Shown: positions 33,605 to 48,570, numbered from the stretch's first letter. The stretch is 64,000 nucleotides of DNA from Phoronis australis (GCA_002633005.1 NMRA01000499.1:186001-250000), one strand, 5' to 3'. A program made the numbers and translations. The notes: a model not told the origin generated them from the letters alone.

Positions 33605-36600
33605 CCTGGTCGTGTAGGAGGTCGTGAATATTCTGTTGGAAAAATTATGACAAGAGTTGATGGATTGTGAGGTACTCGTGCTGGAAGTTAAGACGAATAA
33701 TCAAGACAACTTAGAAGTCTGGACTTGTGATGGTAGAGTTTGAATCATGAGACTCAAAAAACTAAAGCTAAATTGCTAATCAATACCATATACTTGTACA
33801 AATATGCATGACGTCTGTACCTAGAATTAGGCACTTCCACCTATATGTGAATCACTCATCATTTACAAAACGATACATGTTGATTTGATTTCAATTAAAC
33901 ACTAAATATTAAAAGAATATATTAAAAAATAGACAAAAAACCCACAAGTGACGCTCAATTTGGAGACATTCACGTATACGAGACCTACTTGCCTAGCCCA
34001 TGTTAAGTAGCGCTTGGGATTATGTGGCTATATGCAAAGCTCTTCTTTTTTTGGGATGTAATCTCATGAGTTTAAATACGGGTGTATTTGGTACATATAG
34101 ACACTAGTGAATAGTCGAGAATTTGGTTGAATCAAAACAGTGACGTGGTATGAATAGATCTGTGTTCCTGTTTCAATACTCTATGTCATGTTTACGTCAT
34201 GTCACGTATTGAATAGGACCATCCTGCAGTAAGAAGTGATAGAACTCTCCTTTGTCCCGGCAGTAAAAAACCGAGTAATGCAGCTGAGAAAAACTTGTAC
34301 GACAACAACAAAGGACATGCCGAATTCCAATGGCGTGAAATGGAGGCTGTGAAAGTGCTTGACGGATATTGTGGCATTGTGGGTAAATACAGTGAAATTC
34401 GAGTGTCGCTGCGTAATCCGGAACGGCCCTGTTGATGACATCATCTGTGTTGTGATCCTCTGTGTTGTGTAAAGCTACCTTCATCAACCAGTTATGGAGT
34501 TAACACTGGTGCACTGTTTTTCATGTTATCTATTGCTGTTGAATTCTACTTGAGGGCCAACTTCCCTATAGTTGGGCAATGATCATTAGTAATGTCATTT
34601 GAAAGGAACCCATTGTCTGGTTATCACGACTAAATTATGTGGCTTTTAGTAAGGTTCTGAATGTTTCAACCAATGGTTTTGTTAGCCCTTAATCTGGTGT
34701 TCATAATTTTACTGTGAATGGAAAGAAGCTCTATGGTGAAACAATGTCTTGCTTTTAGATCTCTATGTTTTGAGGGGTATTTTGTTATTACTTTGTTCAT
34801 AAGCCTGACTTGTTACTGACTTGAATCTGTTTGAAATCATCTTGGTTATTGGTGTAAGTTTAAGGGAGACTAATGGGTGTTTTGAAACATCTATTTGCGT
34901 GTACCTGGCTGGCTAGGTGATCTGAACATCTCGTACTCTGTGTGTTTTTAAGAGAGGTTCTTATGTGGCAAAATTAATTTGGGAATTTAAAACTCAAAAT
35001 GGTGATTAACCAATGAAATCTAATGATTTGTTTATATTATGATATTGGAAATAATGCTTTGTAGTCTTCCCATTGCTCAAAACGCCAGTAGAGCTTGGTC
35101 ACCTCATTTCTTTTGTGGCAGTGGAATTTATTGCCTCCTGCTTGTTGGTGTCCGGACAATGTGTAGAATCTGTGGCCCCTTGCATGAAACAGACCTAAAT
35201 ATATACTCTACTTTGTCCTAACTTTTCACGGAATTTGTGAACGTGTGAAATCGCTGACTTTTCTAATACCTTTTTGCCATACCATATGGACTTTTTCATG
35301 CAATGCTCCAGCTAATTTATAAATTCCCTATTAATGAAATAAGGGTTTAGTTTCCAGATATATTAATAGAAAATAACAGAAGTAAGGGATGAGCTCACAG
35401 TGAATACTAGGTGATAGAAGAACATAATATTTCCAGGTAAACAAAGACACAAATGTGCAAAAGATCTATTAGGAAACTTGGTTGAGTCCCTATATAATTT
35501 AAGACTTTCATCCAGCTCAACCACACACTGGGGGATGATAATCCCAATGTCTTTGTTTCAAATTCCAATTTTTCTCAAAGAATTTTTTTTAAAATCCTAT
35601 GATGTGTGGAAATTAGCTTTTTGAAAAAATACGATACTTTGGAGGTCGTTCCTAGTTCTGCCGTATACTGTAAACAGGGTTGTGTGTATGGGTGTATGAG
35701 CTGTGTTTGTTTGGCTTTTGGTTATTCGTATATTTATTAGTCTACCCCTGTATTATTGTGCCTGTGCTGTTTACTTCGCTCTGTATTATATTTTATTAAT
35801 AAATCAGCGAAGTTGACGGGTAACTCAGTTGAACTGTTCCCTTTCTTTTTGCTCAACTTGTTTTGTACTGCTGCATGCACCTTTAAAATTAAAAAAATAC
35901 TGACGTGCCCCCTTCACGGTATATGCGGTACTGGTAATTTGCTGACATGGCTTCACGAGTCTATGTGTTTGCGTCCGTAATATTCCGCAAACTCGCTGGC
36001 TCTCCTAATTTCGTAATCGCAATTTTCACTGCGAGTAGGGTTTCCTAAATGAACAAGTAAGCTGTACGTTTTAGGCATGGACAAAGTAACTGGACTTTGT
36101 TGTTTGGATGTGACATATCATGATTCCCATTTCCAAGACTTTGGTCAACCGACGTGAATTTAGCGACCTTACCAAGCTCAGTTTGACCAAGCTCCTTAAG
36201 CTCGTCGGAACGCAACCCTTATTTAATATTTTCGCCCGCTTTAACTTTTCTTTCACCCTTGCTAACATTGCTCGGTAGGCTTGAACAAGGTTGCTCAACA
36301 ATAAGTCTTAGGTGAAAATAAAGCACATCTCAAAATCTTGAATAAGCTTGTTAGTGGACCAATCGCCTGTTTACACTGAAGTCCATGTTTGAAAAACTTT
36401 GCCCTCTTAGTAACTAGTGTTCTCCAAGCTGAAATAAGCTTGCAGCAGCTAAGCTTGCCACATGCCAGTCGTATTGAATAACCACGCTGATTGATTCGAA
36501 CAATCTAGGAATATGTTTGATTGTAATTATTCACTTGGTAAATTCAACTTTCAATAACGATTGAACATCGTGTGAAAATCTTTTTTAATTAGTTTGGTTA

Positions 36601-36864
36601 ACAAGGTTCCCGAGAATATGCAGCTTAGTTGCTTGAACTGAAGTGCTTAACCAGTAATGAATAAATATCAGGTAGGACTTAAAAGTTTGGATATTTGCCA
36701 ACCTTTAGTTGAATTATATTGGTCAGCTTGAATAATATTGACCGAGCTTGGATGATTGGCCAAGCTTGTATAATATTTGTAAAACTTGAATAATATTGTT
36801 CAAGCTTGAATGATATTGGTCAGCTTGAACATAAAGATGTACTTTCCAGCTTGAAAAGGTTTAC

Positions 36865-37022
36865 CAGGGGTGGATCCAGGATTTTGAGTTGGGGGGGCAG
36901 GGCAGCATGAGCCAGGATTTTGCCCGTTTGGCAGACATTCGTACCTCCGCACTTCCTAATGGAATCTGGAAGAATTTTAGGGGGACCATGGCCCCCTTGG
37001 CCCCCCTCTAAATCCGCCACTG
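36865..37022. mobile_element. GC-rich MITE, copy 1
   Basis: Termini CAGGGGTGGATCCAGG / CTAAATCCGCCACTG; highly similar to 50949-51105; sits at the edge of a ~20-bp AGCTTGAATAATATTG tandem array. Confidence 0.75.
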
Positions 37023-37210
37023 GTTACCGAGTAAGGATTATCCAAGCTTGTCAAATTCAGTATATCGTGGTCTCCGTGCGCTTTCCGAAATTGCCTGAAA
37101 GTCATCTCTGAGCAAAATTTAAAATAGATTAATGACTTTTTTATGTATGTGATAATTTGAAACTTACTCGTTCCTCACATGAGTCAATAGCACCATCATT
37201 AAAGTGCTTG

Positions 37211-39657
37211 CTTTACAGAATTCGGAAAATAAAATCTTCGAAATTCAAACCTAATTCTTCGTCGAATGACCAGTTCTACGCATTAGAAAACCAGTTCTGC
37301 GCCTTCAGTAAGCCGAGAATGGCTGTTATTGCGTTCATAGGTCTTTAAAAGGCCCATGCAGCTGTGATATTTTTTGACTGAAAATTAATGGGTTATTTTC
37401 TAGAAAATCAAGGTTCAGTCAAAAACTTTAAAAAAAGCCCGAGTAGTTTACCACCTGTATATGACCAGATATTCAAGCCTCGCCTGCCCTAAAATAGATC
37501 AGCCCTGGGCACTTGAGCTAGGTTTGGAGTCGATGACTTTTGATGTTGTGACATGCCGCTTTCCTGCAAGGATGTCTGTTGGGAGAAATATGGACAAAAT
37601 GTGTCACTTCCATCGAGGAGTTGTTCTGTGAACGGGGACTGACTTTTTCTATTGGTAATTCATTACAATTAAGGGTTCACATTTAGAGTTACAAACTCAA
37701 CAATGAAAGTTCTCTTTTTCAGCTATATAAAATAATTTTTAAACTAATTGCTTGCACACTTATCCCGAAGTCAGTTTGATGTCAAAAGGTCAATAGCGGA
37801 TTTTGTTTCAACAACTCATTGAGCAAATAATGTTCATCCTCACTCCGGGTTGATTCGCGTAAGTGTGCAGTGTGTAAGTCAATGAACGAGAGCTGTGCTG
37901 TCGCTGAGAGGGCATTTTTTCTGCGCTGTGCTTTGTGAAATTCCGCGAGCCGGCGGCGTTTTGGCAGCGTTATCTTTGGGTTATTTGCGATATGCCGATA
38001 GTTTCTCTTATTAACGTCTGAATTACATTCACAAAATTTACAAAAAATGGTGGTTTCGAATTTTTGAGAATGTGGACCTTTTTACTATAAGATTCACAGG
38101 TATGTTCAGAGCTATGAATTGTGCATTTTCCAAATTTCGGTAGTTCCTGCCATTTTAGTGTACTCGTTTTCTACTTTTTTCGGAGTTTTTGTTTCTCTAA
38201 GGCTGACTTTTTTGTCTACATTGCCAAATGAGGGTGCTCCCCCCCCGGCCGCCCCATGAGGGTGCTCCCGGCCGCCCCCTGTGTGCGCGTACAATTCATA
38301 AACAGCATTGAACTAGTGGCATTTAGACTTGCTTGTAAACTTGACTCTATTGTGTTGGCCAATTGAGGATTTCCGATTAAAACGTCTGGAAATTACCAGG
38401 ATGCGTTTTCGGAAAAGGAATAAAATGCCTCAATTNCTTTACAGAATTCGGAAAATAAAATCTTCGAAATTCAAACCTAATTCTTCGTCGAATGACCAGT
38501 TCTACGCATTAGAAAACCAGTTCTGCGCCTTGAGTAAGCCGAGAGTGGTTGTCATTGCTTTCATAGATTTTTAAAAGGCCCATGCAGCTGTGTTATTTTT
38601 TGGCTGAAAATTAATGGGTTATTTTCTAGAAAATCAAGGTTCAGTCAAAATCTTCAAAAAAGCTCGAGTAGTTTACCACCTGTATATGACCAGATATTCA
38701 AGCCTCGCCTGCCCTAAAATAGAGCAGCCCTGGGCACTTGAGCTAGGTTTGGAGTCGATGACTTTTAATGTTGTGACATGCCACTTTCCTGCAAGGATGT
38801 CTGTTGGGAGAAATATGGACAAAATGTGTCACTTCCATCGAGGAGTTGTTCTGTGAACGGGGACTGGCTTTTTCTATTGGTAATTCATTACAAAGGGTTC
38901 ACCTTTAGAGTTACAAACTCAACAATGAAAGTTCTCTTCTTCAGCTATATGAAATATTTTTTAAACTAATTGCTTGCTCACTTATCCCGATGTCAGTTTG
39001 ATGCCAAAAGGTCAATAGCGGATTTTGTTTCAACAACTCATTGAGCAAATAATGTTCATCCTCACTCCGGGTTGATTCGCGTAAGTGTGCAGTGTGTAGG
39101 TCAATGAACGAGAGCTGTACTGTCGCTGAGAGGGCATTTTTTCTGCGCTGTGCTTTGTGAAATTCCGCGAGCCGGCGGCGTTTTGGCAGCGTTATCTTTG
39201 GGTTATTTGCGATATGCCGATAGTTTCTCTTATTAGCGTCTGAATTACATTCACAAAATTTACAAAAAATGGTGGTTTCGAATTTTTGAGAATGTGGACC
39301 TTTTTACTATAAGATTCACAGGTATGTTCAGAGCTATGAATTGTGCATTTTCCAAATTTCGGTAGTTCCTGCCATTTTAGTGTACTCGTTTTCTACTTTT
39401 TTCGGAGTTTTTGTTTCTCTGAGGCTGACTTTTTTGTCTACATTGCCAAATGAGGGTGCTCCCCCCCCGGCCGCCCCATGAGGGTGCTCCCGGCCGCCCC
39501 CTGTGTGCGCGTACAATTCATAAACAGCATTGAACTAGTGGCACTTAGACTTGCTTGTAAACTTGACTCTATTGTGTTGGCCAATTGAGGATTTCCGATT
39601 AAAACGTCTGGAAATTACCAGGATGCGTTTTCGGAAAAGGAATAAAATGCCTCAATT
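37211..39657. repeat. ~1.22-kb tandem duplication flanking a single-N gap (probably uncollapsed haplotypes)
   Basis: 37211-38435 and 38437-39657 are near-identical apart from scattered substitutions and small indels; N at 38436. Confidence 0.85.
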
Positions 39658-40873
39658 GACTCGATAAGCGATATCTTTCGTAGGTTTGCTTTAGTGGGAG
39701 ATAGGCGGGCTATACAACTGTGAGCCCATTTTGATGAAAAACTATATTAAAGTTATGAATTGCAGGGGTACACTTTTAAAGCTTTCGGTTCCGGGGTACT
39801 TAATTAGTACTCTGTTGACTGTTCAAAATCCTTGTTGAAAGTGAACATGCACTCGAGTTTCTAGTGGTTGCTCCCCGTGGGCGGGCAATAATTGAACTGT
39901 TTCAATTTCATCATCTTGCGTCAAAATTTACAGGAACGCTAATTTCCTAGAGTGTTACTTAGGGATTGAACTTGCTAGTGCACTTTACTGCCGGTTAGAT
40001 AGAATGATTTCCAGAATTTCATTTGATGTTCATTGAAACATCGATCACCAGTTGCTTCCAAGATTAGCTTATAATCGTCTGCAAATGAGTCGATTGTGTT
40101 AAACTTGTAAATCCGAACCCTTGCAGTGTAGGTTAACAGAAAATAACGTCGGTGGACACATGCGCGCACCCAGGGAGGGCGGAGGGGGCCCAGGCCGGGA
40201 ACCATTTCATGGTAAACACGAGGGACATTAAAATATGGCATTGAAGAATAAAAATGGTGTAAATTTTTGTTTAAAATCAAAAACGCTACTGAAAATTCGA
40301 AGTACTCAAAATCTGCAGTGGGCGTTAGGAAAAATTTAGCCCGCTCATTGACATCGCGGCGCAATCTCAGTGTTTTCAAAAGGATTTCAGCCATTGATTT
40401 AGACGTAGATTCACACTTAACTCAACATCTTTGCTAGAGGTGCCTCTGGTTTAAGTGTCTGTAACGGAATGGCTAATGCAGTGACTCCCACTTTGATACA
40501 ATCAGCACTCATTGAAAATTCATGAAAACGGGGAAAATAAATTAAAACTTCCAAACCAAGCATATTACCTCCAATTTTTGGTCTGATAAATCGTTTGGTG
40601 TTAAAACATCTAAAATGTCTGAATGAAAAAATCATAAGCTGTAGAGTTCGTTGAAAGTGGCTTCAAATTTTCCAGGTTCTTGCTGCCCGCCAGCAACATG
40701 GAAATCGCACTGACAGGCGAGTCCGACTTATGAATTTTAAAAATGATATATTGTCCTATAGAGGGCGCTTACTTAATGTCAAGGTCACGCATTAGAGAAA
40801 ATCACATCGAGGACATTTTACGTCTGTTTATTTTTATATTTTTGTTCTAAGTCATGGTTTTGTAGCAGTGTGT

Positions 40874-43800
40874 ATGTCCAGAATGTGGAAGACGATACTG
40901 CGTGGGTTAAGGGCACCCAGAACTGTTACAAACAAGTGTTCCGTCTTACCAGGTATTGTATTGCATAGTCAGCCTGCTTTATCTGATTGTCACAGACATT
41001 TGACGAAATGTGGAATGTACGACCTTCACAATAGTTTGAGAACATACTTTTGTAGTAATAGTCGAGATTATCCGACCTGGAAATCGAACCAGTGACCGCC
41101 ATAAAACTGGTGAGTGTGCTAACCATTCAGCTAATAGGCAATTGCCCATTAGCGAGCAGCTAACAGAGGCTCATATGATTCACCGGAAGCACATCTACAA
41201 CACCTGGATTGTAAAATGGTCATCATCTGTTCTGTTCACATTTCCTGCACAAGAATTAGCAACCCAAAATTAAAGAAATTTGTCGACCACTTGCAAATTG
41301 GCGAATTCCATGCCTTTTTCTGGTCTGCCAGATTAAGATCTCGAGGGTTGGTCTTGTTTCTAAATCAACCAATGGCATTCAAGTACAAACTAGGTCTTTA
41401 GGGTAATAGTTGCCTTTTTTTCTCAAATCATGACATCAACTTTCAGCGGTTTAACTAAGCGACAAGATGACGTCAAGAGCAAGGCATGTGTGTGGAAAAT
41501 GTTGACATTTTTGCATATACTGCCGACTTCTTTCATTAAATGACTATTTCTGTTTTGGTTAAGAACTTGTACTTTATATTGCTTCATTCAGGCCTCGCAA
41601 CTACCACAGGTACGATTTTATTTTGCTATGTTTGGGCAAAATTGTCTTCAACAGTTTAACAACCTTGTGGAGCGTGTCTGGCTGTGTAATAATAGAAAAT
41701 GTTTCTTGTACTTACAGCCTAAAGTTGATTGAAGATGTCGTGACTGACAGCTTTGTTCTTCTCAGACTATCATATTCATTGTTATTTCTGTTCTATTTGC
41801 AGAGTTTCCTGCCTGGCAGTGTCAGCAAGTCGCTTATGTTCGAGATTACAAAGCCCTAGATACATATGACGGTAAATCAAATGAGATGTTATGCTTTCTT
41901 GGTCCTCTGTACATCTGGTATGCCAAACATCTAATATTGGGACAACTTTTGTTGAATATGACATTCCATTTGCTTTTATTGGCCTTATAGGTGTAACAGA
42001 GCAAGTCTCCACTGAACCTCAGAATATGTATTTTCTCTCATCAGGCATTCGTTTCAGTTCAATTTGCACATGATAACGATCAACTTTCCATGAAAGCAAA
42101 AGAAGGAAACACCCTTCTCCTAAGCCTGTCGCTAGCGAAGTGCCCGACACATACAGTCGCGCCCACATGCCCACGTAACAAAGGCGCACTGAGACGCAAC
42201 AAAGACATTAGCATAAGAATAACTGAACATTTGCAACTAAATAAGAATAACAATAAGCGCAAAGTTACGAATGTCCCATCACATAGGTAAACACTGTAAT
42301 GTGCATCAGGCTGATCTTGCATCAGTAGTCAGTTGATGTGAAAGATTACATATCTGCAGACAAATTTCAAGATATAATGTTTTGCTAGTAACATTTATCT
42401 GTACTGGCCTTGACCTTGCCGGATGTGGTGGCTGACTTTCCTAGTGGGAGATGAACGACTATACTGCTTGACAATCTTCTTCACTCTCTCTTTGTCTCGG
42501 ATCACTCGTGAAGTTGTCATGTCACAACATGTGAAAGAACATTGTTAGATTATTTAATTCCTGATTTGAAAATATTTCTTTGAGTGAAAATTGCTCTTAA
42601 GATAGAAGCAAACATTAATGAAATTCAACTTTGTCATTTGGTTGGCAAATTACAATTAGGTTTGATTTAAAAAAGATTTTTTTCCGTAACGCATTTGTTC
42701 AATTTGATTGAGATTTTTGTTTACTTAAAACTTCATATATTGGAACATATATTCCTTGTTTCCTGCATACATTTAATGTTGGCGGATGGTTTCCTCAAAC
42801 TGTGTTCTTATTCCTTGCTGAAGATCTAATTTGAACTTATCTTACGTCTTCAAACTAGCAAATAAAGCATGAACAGAATTTTTATGTGCTTCTAATTGTA
42901 TTTGCAATGAATTTCTTTTCGGGTTTGGTGAAATCAAATTATAGAGATGCAACAACTTCAGTTGAGACAATTTCTAAAAATCTTGAAGAAATGTAGCAAA
43001 CAGCAAATGATGTTTTGCGTGTGTTCAAAAACATGAACATGTCGTTGATTGTGGGCTGGACAAGTGGACATGTCACACTTTGTGTGGTGTGAACTTTAAG
43101 AACAAGAACTTGTTACAACTGTCGAGAGGCGTCAATTTTCAAATATTTCATGACTTAGTCATAGCTAAGGGAATTGAACACTGCAATCTGTTAGTTTTCA
43201 GCTGTAAAGTGAGGTTAGGTCACTGGCTATTTTGTTATGTGCTAAAAGTCATCAGCGAGGACATGTTTTCATAAACTTAACATCGAAACATTGTTTTCAT
43301 AGTTGCACGTTCACTTATTAGTATATTTTATTAGGCTTTGATAAACCTTACAAAGTTGTTTGATGGCTTGTATAATAGGACAGAAAACGTAAAATAGGAT
43401 AGGCAGAATTGAAGTAGATTTAGGTTCCTTTTTACCTTAAGATTTGTCTTTTCAGACGTGGAATTCCCAGAACGAGTCAAACTGAAGGTCCTAGAGAAAG
43501 TGCCTCCTCTTCCTGTCTCTCAGAAGCCCCCAAAGTCCATGAAGAGATTGATCGACATGAGAGGTCCGGAACTGGTACACAACAAACTGATTCATAAACA
43601 GTATGGAATTGTGGTGCGTAATGGAGATTTTATTGGCTAAAACTGAATATGTATTAGAGATCTATCACCTTCACATGTTTGTATGTGGTCCACGAAAACT
43701 TGTTTAAGACAACAGAATGAGAAGAAAGTAAGCTGAGCTCTAGCAAAATGCCTTTTTGATTGGAACCACAAACAACAATATCTGTAACAGTTCAATCAAC

Positions 43801-44805
43801 ATTTAAGCTGCATGTTAAAACACTGGTAGGTGACTAATTACACAACACAGGTTAAAAGCTCCGAGAGTGTTCTTGTTGCCAAGAAATTGATAACAGATTT
43901 GTCAATGAACTAGTTATGTGGTTCAATCAGGTTTTGTGCCAAGTTGCTATCCCACTGTGAATTTTTCAATTGTTTTCAACTGGGACTTGAGAGGGACTTG
44001 TCCCGCATCAAACTTCTCAGAATGTCCGAGTCTATATTAGCATCTTGGTGGAACAAGCTCTGGACTGGTGGAAATGTAACTGTGGGGGGAAAATGCCTCA
44101 AGGACTTCTTTCTCAAATTGTGCTAAGCTTACTCACTTCCCACTCAGTTTTTGTCTTTTCAAGATTGTACGACTGTTACCACTTGAGCACAACCAACTGA
44201 TCACTCACACAAGTGGCTGATCACTCAGATTTCATAAGCATTGTTGATATCATTTAATGGTCAGTTGACGGTGGTTTCATCAGCCTCTAAGCAATTTGTT
44301 TTGCTGTCTGTGATTTTGCTCCTGTAATAATTTGAATTGATTGTAGGCAATTACCGGTGGGCAGCTCAAACATGGACACATTGAAATGATGCGGTTGACA
44401 ATAAACAGGAAAATGGACGAACGGCGGATGTTTGCCATTTGGCGTATAGACGCTCCATGGAAACCCATCACGAAAAAAGGTCAAGGTCACCGAATGGGAG
44501 GCGGGAAAGGCAGCATTGATCACTACACGACGCCGGTGAAGGCAGGTCGTATCATTGTCGAGATGGGAGGAAAATGTTCATTTGATGAAGTCCAACGCAT
44601 ACTGACTCAGGTCTCAAAAAACTTGCCATTCAAAGCTCGAGTTGTCACACAGGAAATGATGGAAGAGGAAGAAGAGTTGGAACAGTCCATCCGCAAGAAT
44701 AACTTGAATCCATTTGACTTCAAATATCTCATTGAGAATAACTTTTTTGGCATCCAGAAGTGGCTTAGTCCTTACGATTACAAGTGGCATGGAAAGTACA
44801 GATAG
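40874..44805 (+). CDS. MRPL16: Mitochondrial large ribosomal subunit protein uL16m (~260 aa)
   Basis: Exons 40874-40952 (Arg-rich presequence MSRMWKTILRGLRAPR), possible micro-exon 41592-41609, 41803-41871, 43456-43613, 44347-44805. Motifs GHIEMMRLTINR, FAIWRIDAPWKPITKKGQGHRMGGGKGSIDHY and SPYD are diagnostic. Confidence 0.95.
41072..41139 (-). mobile_element. tRNA-derived SINE head (degenerate)
   Basis: Minus strand has A-box-like TAGCTGAATGG and B-box-like GGTTCGATTTCC; located in MRPL16 intron 1. Confidence 0.5.
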
Positions 44806-45417
44806 CATAATAAAAATGTGTCTGACCTTGTATATTTTTGGTATAATTATCCGAGATTCTTTTATCTCTGTAGTTGAATTTAGAAGTCATTTCTCACAGC
44901 CTATNATGGACCAACACAAAAATCCTGGTATAATTGGACAGTTACAAGAAGACATTTATGAAGTTATTATATTTTTATTTATTAAGATTACATGCATTAA
45001 GTAAATTTTGCACATTTGTATTTTAATATGACTTTTTTACCCTGAAACTTGGAAAGGAAGTTGTGCTCTCTCATGCATCAAACAAAATTTAAAATTATTT
45101 TACTTCTCAAATTACTAGCAGCAGATTGCGAAACACCTGAGCATAAAGAGATGCTTACACTACAGATACAAAATTATGCATAGCTCAAATGGCATACAAT
45201 GTATAAAACTGTAACTAAGCTAATTGGTTTCTCTCAATCTTTGAAATAACCATTTTGTCAATTCTCGCTCTTCATTCAAAGCTACGACGGCAGCTTTTAA
45301 GATAATAGACCTTAATTTGTGCGCATCAAAAATATTAACATTTAAAATATAATTTAATAAAGTTTCAATAAAGTGCGCCATCTTCTGGACAAATGGTCCA
45401 TCACATGATTACTCAAA

Positions 45418-45605
45418 ACTTGAATTATATTTAGAATACTTAGAATTACCAAACAACAACGTCGACTTGAATTATATTTAGAATACTTAGAATTACCAAA
45501 CAACACGTCGACTTGAATTATATTTAGAATACTTAGAATTACCAAACAACACGTCGACTTGAATTATATTTAGAATACTTAGAATTACCAAACAACACGT
45601 CGACT
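45418..45605. repeat. 46-bp tandem repeat, ~4 copies
   Basis: ACTTGAATTATATTTAGAATACTTAGAATTACCAAACAACACGTCG repeated; period 46 (acgtcg at 45505, 45551, 45597). Confidence 0.9.
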
Positions 45606-48570
45606 CAAAAAGAATGACTTCACAGAAGTTGCAACAGCAGAATTCACACTATGTATGGCACACGTATACAGGGTGTCCCAAATGTCAACAAAAATTATCT
45701 GAGTACCAGAAAACGTTTTTACTGTGAACTCATGTTTTTCATATTTCAGGAACCTCAAAATTTCTTTTGCAAGACGGGCATTAGGAAAAATGCCACAGTT
45801 TTAATTGCAGAGAAGTGACTCACAATGGATTTTGTTAGATTGCACTGCCAACTCTCTCGCAATACAACCTTCACATAACCACATAAAGAACACTTCTTGT
45901 TCAACTACTGCATCTTATGTTCAAATCAAACACAATTTCTACAGCAGAATACATAAACAAATCTTTTAACAGCTCTCTACCTTGGCACATCACCTTTCTG
46001 GAAAATTTCGATATCTGTATGGAAGCTGCAACAATAGTTGTTTGGTGCCATAACTAAAAACTTTTGTTCTTTTTTTGTTCTTTAAAACAAGTCACCCGTG
46101 ACGGTTTTTCCAATGCTCACAACTTAAAACAAAATTTGTGTTTTTGGAAAAAAAACATTGGTTCCCAGCAAAACCATGTCTTGGTGCTCACATTTTAAGA
46201 TATTTTTGTTAGCATATTTTGAGACGAGTCGTCAGCAACACTATAATCAGCAGATGTTTATGTATGACTACATGAACTCAAAATATATAAAAACTTCACC
46301 TGTCACACACGAACATTGTGAATAAAATTTGTCAAACCTAATTCAGTGACTAGCCAAACTGGACAAAGACAATGACATTAATACATGCAGTGCTAACTAA
46401 AAGACAATAACTGTCCGAGTCACACATGTTCATGGCAGTGATTACCAGTACATTGTTGTGAACAAATGCTCATTTTTAAGGGTTGTGTGTTCTACAGGGA
46501 ACAATTAGTAATGCAAAGAGGTGCATTTTTTTAAACATAGATACAAAGGTTTTAACGCGAGACCTTCAAGCAAAATGTGGGAACAGGAGTCGCCAGAAAC
46601 CAAATCAAAAATGCAAGATTTCAAAATAAGGCTATTCTACTGTTTAACAATATCTTAAGCAGAGACAAAATATTATTTTACTAGTTGTTAACAATAGTTT
46701 TTTCACTTACGCCTTTTGCACTCCATCATAGCCAAGCAATCTGTCTCATTGATGGCCATCTTCCAAGGGTATGCCAGTATCCTCCAGAGCATACTCTCCA
46801 TACACTCATAAAATTGAGGGTTACACAGCCATAGGACTGACTGGTCTTCCCACACTCTTAACACTTAATACTCTTATTCAATGCACCCTTGTACTACACA
46901 CAATTGCCAGCACTACATTTTCCATCCAAGTCCTAATCCAAAGACTGGGCAAGAACAAGGCCCTTCATGTTTTCACAAAAGTCTCAAAAATATCTTCAGA
47001 AGAGTTTTTGCACAGAAAGTCTCGAGGTATTTATCTTAGTCTTGCCCCAGAGTAGTTACGTTATAACACACACTTAAAATAACCTTAACTAGACGACAAA
47101 GTAGCTTAATGGTTTTAAGCAGTAGGCTCCTTGCTTAAAATTTCCAAGTACACAGAGTGTTTATCAAGTAAAGGTACCTTATAGAGAACACTGAAATAAA
47201 AAACTGACTAATACTTGAAGAAAACACTATGATGAAATGAATTAAGTCAAAATGGTACCTGTGTGGATATAAAGTTTTACAGAGACCATCCAAAGTATTT
47301 ATCATCGCTCAAATAAAAACATCATACCTATAAACAAATGCAGACTTAAAGTATGTTATGTACATTATCTTTTGATACCAATAACACATGTCTTTGATTT
47401 GAAATATAAGTCTTAATAATAAGCTATGGATGAAACAAGATAAATGATGCACTTTTGGCAATAATCCCCATTTTGAGAACCAGTTGATGCCCGTTATTCA
47501 GTGGAGAAAACTGATTCTCTAAATGCGGGCGTGTTATATCAGACTATTATCCACTTTTTACTGCAAGTGTTCACTTGAAAATGAACGATACGTTACAAAT
47601 AACATATATCTATAATAAAATATCAATACATCAATATTGAGCTGCCACAAAAACGCAAGTACATGCAGTCATTTGGTCATTATCATATCAACAGAACACG
47701 CTGCCCCTTTTACAAAAATATCAGGCAACAGGAATTTAATTGTGCACTGATCATTCTACTGGACAGTACACTCAGCAGAAGCCTGTGATAGGTACCGTGT
47801 TATGCAAACTTCTTATTAACAAGTTTCCTATGGCTGAAATACTTTCATTTATGCATCATACACTAATAAAGAATACATTATGAATATAAAACTTTATAAA
47901 TAGCATTACGAAGCCAAGTTACCTTGTCCTGACTGAGATTGCTCAGATTTTAGAGGATCTACCTCGACGTATAAATAATAATAATAAATAATACTTGACC
48001 AACGAACTGAAGAAGAGTACACAGTGGGATCCAGTTCTACAGCACCTGAAGCTACACCATATCGTTAAAGTTATCGTCGTCTTGATAAAACACAATTGGT
48101 TCAGCATGAAATGATGACCTCTGAACTGTCTTTGTTCTCGGGACGCTTGCCAGGCTGCCAGGCTGAAAAGAAGATTGATTGTTGTAGCAATGTTTGGATA
48201 ACACTTCTCACTTTTGATGTGCAAAGTAAATAAACAGAAAATGACAGTAAAAGCAGTCAATAATATGTATGTCAATGCACTCCATGACTGCGCCAGCTAG
48301 TGGAGCACGGCAACAACTGCATTAGTAATGACTTCAGGGTAATGCAATTCTGGCTGATATAAATTAATCTATCGCGGACTAAAACTGGTGACTTTTCAAT
48401 CTTTTTGGAGTCAACAAACTACCGAGGTAAATTTGATATTATGGAAACATTGCCAATCAATAGAAAATAGGAAATGTCAGTTTGGCATGGGCATGTGATG
48501 TGTTTGTGTTTTGGACAACTTGAAATTTTCACAAAGCAGATAGTAGAGTAACATATTGTTAACAAAAGCG

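Noticed and set aside
38112-39516. Two identical 60-aa ORFs (MYAHTGGGREHP...)
   Set aside because: They arise from the N-flanked duplication and a GC-rich repeat end; no splice or homology support.
45418-45605. Regular repeats that might suggest a CRISPR array
   Set aside because: Units are contiguous with no unique spacers, there are no cas genes and the context is eukaryotic; this is a minisatellite.
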